This document shows positions 57,236 through 64,000 of a stretch of DNA of 64,000 nt, in pieces. This DNA comes from a virus (taxonomy: Duplodnaviria > Caudoviricetes), in IMG/VR virus record IMGVR_UViG_3300013947_000035, positions 1 through 64,000 of that record; one strand, given 5' to 3'. The notes below the pieces were generated by a model, which worked only from the letters and a program-made list of their open reading frames with translations, did not search any database and had not been told where the DNA came from. Numbering within the stretch: position 1 is the first letter of the stretch; every line of letters begins with the position of its first letter. The translations under genes were made by a program, and so were the position numbers.

Positions 57236-57681
57236 TGCTAAAAAACGATATTAGGCACATAATCGAACACGGTAAGCCCGAAGATATGTACAAACTCGAA
57301 GAATTGTTCAACGACGTAGTAGAAGATTTGCGTGAAAGCGATAAGGATGAGTATTGCGAAATCGTTTACAAAGTTCACAAAATCGCTCACGGCGGACATC
57401 TCGGCGAAGAACTCGCAAAGAAGTGGGTCGATTCTATGGAAAACAAAGACGGCACACACGGTGCGCATTGGTCGTGGGATGAAGTCGATAAAGTACGCAA
57501 ACAATATGCGCCCGAAGCAGACGAAGGCGATTTCTACGCCGCAATTTCGATGATGTATTCGGATTACTATAATTCACGTTTCGATACGGCAACATACGCA
57601 CAACTCGCGAAAGACTGGCTCGACGACAAAGACGTCGGCAGTTGCAAAACGCTCAAATACTATATGAAGGTTGTTAAATAA
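57232..57681 (+). CDS. conserved helical phage protein
   Basis: GAHWSWDE...DFYAAISMMYSDY...LAKDWLDDKD. Confidence 0.8.
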   Translation: MMLKNDIRHIIEHGKPEDMYKLEELFNDVVEDLRESDKDEYCEIVYKVHKIAHGGHLGEELAKKWVDSMENKDGTHGAHWSWDEVDKVRKQYAPEADEGDFYAAISMMYSDYYNSRFDTATYAQLAKDWLDDKDVGSCKTLKYYMKVVK

Positions 57682-57721
57682 AGGGGTTGACTTCTTGTTG
57701 TGTTTGAGATAAAATAAAATT

Positions 57722-57862
57722 GTAGTTTGGGATATATACTACGTTTATGTTACGGCGAGCGAGTTATCTAATCTTGCCACGAAACCGTAACAAGCCGCTC
57801 TGTTCGAAGTAGGTCGCTCGCTTTCCGAGCCGCCAATGACTTCGGCGGGGCGGTTTTTGTTT
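57722..57862 (+). ncRNA. candidate pseudoknotted sRNA or attenuator
   Basis: TTGACT-N17-TAAAAT promoter at 57687-57715, paired stems, terminator, no ORF. Confidence 0.5.
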
Positions 57863-57927
57863 TCTTATTGACTTTATGTGCCGTTTGTTTTATACTTAAA
57901 GTCGATAAAAATCTGAGGTGCAATATT

Positions 57928-60396
57928 ATGTATTTGTATTTTGATTATAAAGGCACATTGCTCGAAATCATAAACGATGAAGCGCTTAGACAATATAACA
58001 AAGGCGTGAATATGGTTAATATCTATATCGAGAGTGCGCCCGATTCCGTAACTGGTATCGTTCCCGATGACGGGAAGATTCCGAGTTATATTACTGGCAT
58101 ACAATATTGGTTCCAACTCGCGAACGGTGATAAACTCAACGACAAAGTATATGATACTTCGAGTAAAATCAAAAAAACGATTCCTTTTGATAGAAATCGC
58201 GATTTGAGACATTTCAGATACGGGAAAAGTTATGAGTTTTTCTCGTTTCAAGTTCCGAGCGGCGATTATAAAAAAGAAAAAAATGATAATGTAATCGATT
58301 TTGTAGGTGAAGGCGATGTTTTTAAGAGTAGCGGACTTGTTTTGATGACAGTTCAAGCGCGGACTGCGGGAACAAACGCTGACGGAACCCCGAAAGATGG
58401 TGCGCTTTCTCTTGAACGCGTTGCGTTTACTGTTGAAGACGCAGTTATTCTTCCTGATGATATAGTAAATACTTCCGAATTTAACTGGCTTTTGCAACAG
58501 TATGCGTTCGGTGATTATCTGCGTGCGCAACTTGTTTATATGAAAGTCGATAAGATTACGGCTTCGCACGCGTTTACTATCGATGGCGATAAATATAGTA
58601 TTGACCTCGATACGAATTTGTTTAATCGCATTCCTAAAATCGGGGACGCTTTCTTGTACGTGTACGAAAACGGCGCCGATAAAGAAAGCAACATAACAAT
58701 GGCTGTTGTCGATAAAATTACAGGTGATGTTACTGAGTGCTCGTTCTCAATATCGAATACGATTTCGATTAAGGGCGAAAAAGGCGATACAGGTTTAACA
58801 CCTAATATAACCGCAACTGCGACGGTCGACGAGAATGTAGGGACACCAGAAGTTTCGGTGTCGAGAACGGGCACAAATGAGAATCCGAATTTTGCATTTG
58901 CGTTCAAAAATCTGAAAGGTGCGGCTTTTAAGCCGTCCGTAGATGGAAACGGGAATTTATCGTGGACCAATGACGGTGAATTGGATAATCCCGAAACAGT
59001 CAATATCAAAGGTCCAATAGGAATTACCCCTAATATAATTGCAACTGCGACTGTAAACGATAATGTTGGTACACCTACAGTATTAGTTTCAAAAACAGGT
59101 ACAAATGAGAACCCAAATTTTGCATTTGCGTTCAAAAATTTGAAAGGTAGACCTGGAGATATGCCTGAAATAAGCGCAGTAGCGACAATAGACCACAATA
59201 TAGGTGTTCCAGATGTTTCGGTATCGATATTAGGAACAGTTGCTAATCCAGAGCTTAAATTCGACTTTAAGAATCTAAAAGGCGCAACGGGAACTGCAGG
59301 CGCAGATGCTCTTTTTGCAGATAGAGCAGACCTTGTAGCAGATATTCCGCCACAAATAGGTAGCACATATAATTTTGAGTTCTCACATTTCAACAGAACA
59401 CCAATACAGGGTGAAAAGGTATGGCAATATTTTTCTTCACCAGAAGTTAATCGCCGCTCTCTGTATGCTTGTAATTGTACAGTAAGTGCTATCCATCAAG
59501 GCACATCTGCTACATCATATGCAATACTTCGCGTCGATATGGTGTATTCTCTAAAAGGCGAAAAAGGTTATACGGGCGACAAGGGAGACGATGGCGAAAC
59601 AATAAATTCAATCGAAACAGGTGTTTCCACGCAGGAAGGGGCTTATACAAAAACAAATATCAATGTAACCACAAACAAAAAAACCGTTACTTTTGAAGTT
59701 TCGGCAAAAAATGGTGCCGATGGTAAGCAAGGTCCAAGAGGCAATGATGTTCTTATGTGTTCACGTATGTTATCATATATGTTACCCGAAACATTATCTC
59801 TTGGAATCAGTATTTTTAACAGAGAACCAACAACAGGAGATTATTGTGTTTTTTATAGTGAGCAAGGTCAATATGCAAATTATCGATTTTCCCATAGAGA
59901 CGGAGAATACGATGTTTACTCGTATGTTTTTACCATAGCCTCTTCTATTGTAACTACAAAAGGACCAACAGGTGACAGAGGGGTAGGCATTTTGGACGCG
60001 GGTATAAAATCGACATCGGAAACGGAAGAATATACGTCCACGACAGTAAGTTTTGCCAAGACGGATTCTACCACGTCCGAAGTCGTGATTAAGGCTAAAA
60101 ACGGAATCAATCCGAATACGGTATCGTTCATAGGAACGGTAGCGGTCAGTGATTGGCAAGATTCAATAGCATATTCGGCATATGGTTATAAATACAGTGC
60201 ATTAATGCCGTTTACAGGCGGTGTATATGCTACTGATACATATGTTCCCGACGTCGTGCCATCAGCAGTTGCAGACGTCGTTAGCGGCAACTTTGCACCG
60301 TTTGCGAATTCGCTTTCGACGGGTGTCCAAATATATGCAAAGACAAAACCGACAGAGACTACGAATTTTAATGTATCATTGTCACACGTGCAATAA
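57928..60396 (+). CDS. second baseplate-upper/tail-fibre protein with collagen-like repeats
   Basis: paralogous N-terminus to 43582; repeated TPNI.A.ATV...GT.ENP.F.F.FKNLKG. Confidence 0.75.
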   Translation: MYLYFDYKGTLLEIINDEALRQYNKGVNMVNIYIESAPDSVTGIVPDDGKIPSYITGIQYWFQLANGDKLNDKVYDTSSKIKKTIPFDRNRDLRHFRYGKSYEFFSFQVPSGDYKKEKNDNVIDFVGEGDVFKSSGLVLMTVQARTAGTNADGTPKDGALSLERVAFTVEDAVILPDDIVNTSEFNWLLQQYAFGDYLRAQLVYMKVDKITASHAFTIDGDKYSIDLDTNLFNRIPKIGDAFLYVYENGADKESNITMAVVDKITGDVTECSFSISNTISIKGEKGDTGLTPNITATATVDENVGTPEVSVSRTGTNENPNFAFAFKNLKGAAFKPSVDGNGNLSWTNDGELDNPETVNIKGPIGITPNIIATATVNDNVGTPTVLVSKTGTNENPNFAFAFKNLKGRPGDMPEISAVATIDHNIGVPDVSVSILGTVANPELKFDFKNLKGATGTAGADALFADRADLVADIPPQIGSTYNFEFSHFNRTPIQGEKVWQYFSSPEVNRRSLYACNCTVSAIHQGTSATSYAILRVDMVYSLKGEKGYTGDKGDDGETINSIETGVSTQEGAYTKTNINVTTNKKTVTFEVSAKNGADGKQGPRGNDVLMCSRMLSYMLPETLSLGISIFNREPTTGDYCVFYSEQGQYANYRFSHRDGEYDVYSYVFTIASSIVTTKGPTGDRGVGILDAGIKSTSETEEYTSTTVSFAKTDSTTSEVVIKAKNGINPNTVSFIGTVAVSDWQDSIAYSAYGYKYSALMPFTGGVYATDTYVPDVVPSAVADVVSGNFAPFANSLSTGVQIYAKTKPTETTNFNVSLSHVQ

Positions 60397-60407
60397 GGAG
60401 AAGTGCG

Positions 60408-61718
60408 ATGTTAGGTAAACTATTATCTATGGTAGTAACGAGTGGAGCAAATAATCCATGGAGACCTACGAACCAAGAACAATTTGACGAAATGGTTGCT
60501 GATAAAGATAAGGCTGGCAACTATATTGAATATGCAGGCGGTACATATCGAGTTGAGCCAGAAGAATACAAGGGTAAGATTGCGGTTGGCGATGTATTGG
60601 CTGGATTTTATTTTGATATTTCAAAAACGCCGAAGTCATCCTATTCGCCCACATTCGACGTACCAAGAATCCATCTTTATACGTCTTCAGATGGAACTGT
60701 TGTTACTGTAAAATCTCAATATCTAATGGTAAAAGACGAGACAGCTCTTGTCGGCACCACAAATGATAAAACAACCGTAAGACAAGGTTTGCAAATATGG
60801 CAGTCAAATAGCAGTAACGCATATGCTATTGTGTGGGTAATAGGTGACGGTGAACTCGACGCCTTGTATGACCATGGGCTGATAGCATATCCCGACAAGT
60901 GGTTGATTGGAACAAATTATGTGCAAAACTCTATTGGTTTCATTCCTACATATGTTCTTGAAGATAACAATAGTAGTTATGGTAGATGGAATGGCGTAGG
61001 AGGTTTCATTTGTTCCACTCTGGCGCCTCAATATGCGAAAAGATATTATGCTTTATCTTCGTTGACAAACCCTGCGTCAAGTAGAGATATTGCAAATGGG
61101 AAAGTGGCATATGGCGATACAGGGTATAGAATTGAAGGGACATATCAAAAAGAACCGAATCCGTTAAACCCTACAACCGAAGCCCAATATAATAAACTAC
61201 TTATACCAGATAATATCGGAAAATTTATTGATTATAATAATAAATTTTGGAGAATCGAAAATATTTCGTTTTCGGGAACATTTTCGGCAAATGATTCAAT
61301 TTCTGCAGTTTATTTTGATACAACAAAAACGCCGACTATTCCTGATTTTACTACCGAATATGAAGAATATGAAGGGGTTAAATTAAAATATTTATTTAAG
61401 ACTGCAGAAGACGCGGTAGAAGGAATGCCGTCTGCTGGATTGTTTTTTATGCACGACGATTCGGAAGATAATAGTGGCGAGATTCTATGCTTTCTTTCTG
61501 GCAAATCTTTTTATTCTGTATGGTCTAATGTATTAATTGAGGGGTCAATAGGCTGGGTTTTAGATGAATTTGGTGGTAACGATACAACCGCTTGTAGCCT
61601 TACATTGCCAGAAGCAAAAACTGTTTCGTCAATAAATGCTAATGATAACTGGAATGGCGTATATGTATTCAAAAATAGAGAAGTTCAAATCGATGAATAT
61701 ATTAAAGCCACAAATTAA
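60408..61718 (+). CDS. putative receptor-binding/tail-tip protein with two internal repeats
   Basis: P..PT..EQ...L...GNYIEY / GKFIDY repeats; AAGGAG RBS. Confidence 0.55.
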   Translation: MLGKLLSMVVTSGANNPWRPTNQEQFDEMVADKDKAGNYIEYAGGTYRVEPEEYKGKIAVGDVLAGFYFDISKTPKSSYSPTFDVPRIHLYTSSDGTVVTVKSQYLMVKDETALVGTTNDKTTVRQGLQIWQSNSSNAYAIVWVIGDGELDALYDHGLIAYPDKWLIGTNYVQNSIGFIPTYVLEDNNSSYGRWNGVGGFICSTLAPQYAKRYYALSSLTNPASSRDIANGKVAYGDTGYRIEGTYQKEPNPLNPTTEAQYNKLLIPDNIGKFIDYNNKFWRIENISFSGTFSANDSISAVYFDTTKTPTIPDFTTEYEEYEGVKLKYLFKTAEDAVEGMPSAGLFFMHDDSEDNSGEILCFLSGKSFYSVWSNVLIEGSIGWVLDEFGGNDTTACSLTLPEAKTVSSINANDNWNGVYVFKNREVQIDEYIKATN

Positions 61719-61812
61719 AACAAATTCAAAAAAATTCAAATTTATTATGCTAACCCCATTGACAGTAGTCGGTGGGGTTTGGTATTATATAGGCACCGAA
61801 AACGAAAGGAGA

Positions 61813-62055
61813 ATGAAGATGAAAACAACAATCGAATGGTTCACACCCAAAGAGAAAACACCCAGAAACGGAGAAGTGCTCGCTTTGTGCACGCCAGGTT
61901 ATATTACTACGTTGAATGTCTATGACGGGCATTTCAACTGCTCGTGCGGTGATAGTTTCGAAACCGAAATCGAAGTCGTAGTGTGGGCGTATACTCCAAA
62001 AAAACTCGAAGATATCGCAAACGTGAGATGGATGGTGAAATACGATGAAAACTGA
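61813..62055 (+). CDS. small phage protein (DUF551-like)
   Basis: EWFTPKEKTP..GEVL...VVVWAY; own TTGACA promoter at 61759. Confidence 0.65.
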   Translation: MKMKTTIEWFTPKEKTPRNGEVLALCTPGYITTLNVYDGHFNCSCGDSFETEIEVVVWAYTPKKLEDIANVRWMVKYDEN

Positions 62056-62347
62056 ACAAGCGATAGCAGAGATTATCAAGGCAAAATATAAGGAATGGCT
62101 CGACACGACAGGCGTTATTCCCGAAGGCACAACTTATTATGCAGAATGCTTGAGTGTTGGTGACGACTGCGCCGAAATCATTATCGATACCGTTTACGAT
62201 GTCATTATAAAACAAGCGCAAATCGAAGTGCTGAATAGGTTGAAAAAACGCAGTTATTGTGATAACGATTTTATGGACGGCAAGTGGCATAGATATGTGT
62301 TTGTTGAAGATATCGATAAACTCATCGAAGAGGTGCAAGAACAATGA
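62045..62347 (+). CDS. hypothetical protein
   Basis: tiled ORF. Confidence 0.7.
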   Translation: MKTEQAIAEIIKAKYKEWLDTTGVIPEGTTYYAECLSVGDDCAEIIIDTVYDVIIKQAQIEVLNRLKKRSYCDNDFMDGKWHRYVFVEDIDKLIEEVQEQ

Positions 62348-62580
62348 TACGTCATCTTAGTCTTAGTATCGAAGGCGCGCTCAAAAACGCAAAAGATTTC
62401 GTCGGCTGTATCGAAACCGAAGACGGCAAGACCCTGAATACGGTTGCGGAAGTGAAAGCGTTTTTCAAAGAGCAACTGGATATGGGCAGAAAATATCTCC
62501 CTTACGGCGAATGTGATAATTTCGATTATCAACACGGTTGCAAAGGACACCCAAGCGAGAAAAAGGAAACGGGGCAATGA
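62344..62580 (+). CDS. hypothetical protein
   Basis: CDNFDYQHGCKGH; ATGA overlap. Confidence 0.75.
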   Translation: MIRHLSLSIEGALKNAKDFVGCIETEDGKTLNTVAEVKAFFKEQLDMGRKYLPYGECDNFDYQHGCKGHPSEKKETGQ

Positions 62581-62825
62581 ACGCGAAGAAGATAATGGAT
62601 TTCGCCGAACAACACGCAAGCGATGAGAATATGTTCAATGATTTGGAAGAAGAATTGGACCAAGAAAAGTATGATGTACTTCTCGAACTCGAATCGGACC
62701 CAAACAACAAAACGCTTAATAGACAATATGTGGATATCTGCGAAAAGCAGAGAATGGTCCATATAATGAGACAGCAAAGACTCGAATTGTTTTTGCAGGC
62801 TCAAAAACACGGAATAATAAATTAA
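62577..62825 (+). CDS. hypothetical protein
   Basis: ATGA overlap. Confidence 0.65.
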   Translation: MNAKKIMDFAEQHASDENMFNDLEEELDQEKYDVLLELESDPNNKTLNRQYVDICEKQRMVHIMRQQRLELFLQAQKHGIIN

Positions 62826-62849
62826 CGGAATTAAAAAGGAAAAAAAACT

Positions 62850-63383
62850 ATGAAAAAACAAAATGACAATCTTACACCTGCTCAATTTTTGACGGTAATA
62901 AAAACCGAACCCAATCGAAATTGGAACGAATATGTATTCATTATTTTGGGGAAATCGGGTCCGACGGGCAAAACTTGGTTAAAGGAACAGATTACGAAAT
63001 TGGGTTTTAAGGCTTTCGAAATAACAGACTCCCTCTATCCCTTTGTCGGATATCACGATAGCCAAAATCATTATACTGTTGATGAGCCAGAAAAACAAGT
63101 AACCATTATTCTGAATGAAACACTTGCTCAATATCGCCCGAAATTCAACGGTTCAAGTAGAGTTCGTGTTAAAAGTTGGGAAGAAGTGGGCAAAATGTAT
63201 GGCGGCGAAAATAGCGAAGAATTTTTGGGCGAATCAGACCGTCTATATGCGGTAATTAAACCTATTTGCGGCAAAAGCGGAGAAATTATGGAAGAGCTTG
63301 GACGCCATTATCGCATCAAATTTGACGGTTCTTCTTCCGAATATAAATGGTACATTGATAAAGATTTGTTGATAGAGGAATAA
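62850..63383 (+). CDS. hypothetical protein with P-loop-like motif
   Basis: ILGKSGPTGKT. Confidence 0.65.
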   Translation: MKKQNDNLTPAQFLTVIKTEPNRNWNEYVFIILGKSGPTGKTWLKEQITKLGFKAFEITDSLYPFVGYHDSQNHYTVDEPEKQVTIILNETLAQYRPKFNGSSRVRVKSWEEVGKMYGGENSEEFLGESDRLYAVIKPICGKSGEIMEELGRHYRIKFDGSSSEYKWYIDKDLLIEE

Positions 63384-63384
63384 T

Positions 63385-63735
63385 ATGATACGCAAAAAAG
63401 ACATAAACGAAATCAATTCCAAACTCGACGCGCTTTCGGGACAAGTTATTAAAAAAGCGACAGCATACGATAGGGAACACGATTTCTTGAAAGAAATCAA
63501 AGTCAATATCGCAAAATGTTCGGTCATTTTCGATGAAAAGTCAATTCGATATGCAGTCAAAATCGAATACGATTTCGCCCCGACAATACTTTATATCGAA
63601 GACGACGGCGAGGCTACGCTCAACGAAAGATTGCGAGCGATAAACGAATTGAGATTGATTCCGACAAATCAACTCGACCAAATTCAATTTGCAATCGAGA
63701 GGGCAAAAAAATTAAATGCAGGAGGAACAGAGTGA
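63385..63735 (+). CDS. hypothetical protein
   Basis: GAGG RBS. Confidence 0.7.
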   Translation: MIRKKDINEINSKLDALSGQVIKKATAYDREHDFLKEIKVNIAKCSVIFDEKSIRYAVKIEYDFAPTILYIEDDGEATLNERLRAINELRLIPTNQLDQIQFAIERAKKLNAGGTE

Positions 63736-63983
63736 ACGCGAAAAAATTTGGAACATATGTCAAGTCGAATCGATTTGCAAAAGGTTTTTCTTTGGCAGAC
63801 GCGGCTGACAAGATAGGGCTTTCGCAACAGCAACTTATCAACATTGAGAAAGGAACGAATAGCCCGCAACCTGCCACTTTTATGAAGATTGTGAACGGAC
63901 TCGGCTTGAATTTGAGAGAAGCGATAATAATGTTGGAGGACGAAGGCGATGACGCCGTTGACAAAAGAGAATTACAGAACTAA
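63732..63983 (+). CDS. XRE-family HTH transcriptional regulator
   Basis: FSLADAADKIGLSQQQLINIEKG..SP. Confidence 0.85.
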   Translation: MNAKKFGTYVKSNRFAKGFSLADAADKIGLSQQQLINIEKGTNSPQPATFMKIVNGLGLNLREAIIMLEDEGDDAVDKRELQN

Positions 63984-64000
63984 TCACGATTATATGTCGT

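Noticed and set aside
43582-61718. Diversity-generating retroelement acting on tail fibres
   Set aside because: No reverse transcriptase ORF and no TR/VR pair differing only at adenines; the shared segments are ordinary paralogy.
377-63964. Numerous antisense or overlapping ORFs in the supplied track (e.g. 3541-4275, 28774-29667, 58536-59393)
   Set aside because: They are shadows of well-supported genes, with no RBS, promoter or motif.
1-64000. CRISPR array or mini-array
   Set aside because: No run of identical 25-45 bp repeats with unique equal-length spacers; the repeats seen are hairpin elements or short motifs.
1-64000. Stop-codon reassignment
   Set aside because: Genes are full-length and tile under code 11, with TAA, TGA and TAG all used as stops and no suppressor tRNA.

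Overview
64 kb of a tailed dsDNA phage genome (Caudoviricetes). The host is probably a low-GC Gram-positive gut bacterium, judged from sigma70/sigmaA TTGACA-N17-TATAAT promoters and AAGGAG RBSs; genetic code 11. Layout: 0-10.7 kb holds + strand DNA-modification and nucleotide/RNA-repair genes (three MTases, RtcB, HD, ThyX, pyrimidine-dimer glycosylase). 10.7-14.2 kb holds structured repeats, a nested-palindrome element, probable TerS and 22-bp repeats, followed by portal. 16.6-27.4 kb is a minus-strand array of about 16 promoter-gene-terminator cassettes. It splits the head module and contains a second nested-palindrome copy and a 6-mer whose strand polarity flips at about 20.5 kb. 27.8-36 kb holds scaffold, major capsid and a cluster of putative capsid-loaded effectors (DUF3626-like, ADP-ribosylglycohydrolase, SAM-lyase-like) that share short N- or C-terminal motifs. 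36-49 kb is tail genes, followed by an intact TnpB with a separately promoted omegaRNA-like RNA. Next come an AgrB-like peptidase fused to an HTH beside a multipass membrane protein, and an RNA island with tRNA-Thr, an 81-nt tmRNA-like RNA lacking any tag reading frame and other ACCA-ended mini-tRNA-like stems. The window ends with a Gln-rich/BclA-like operon, a second tail-fibre module and small late/regulatory genes. No large terminase, polymerase, integrase, endolysin, CRISPR array or reverse transcriptase was recognised. All family assignments come from motif recognition by eye, without database searches.
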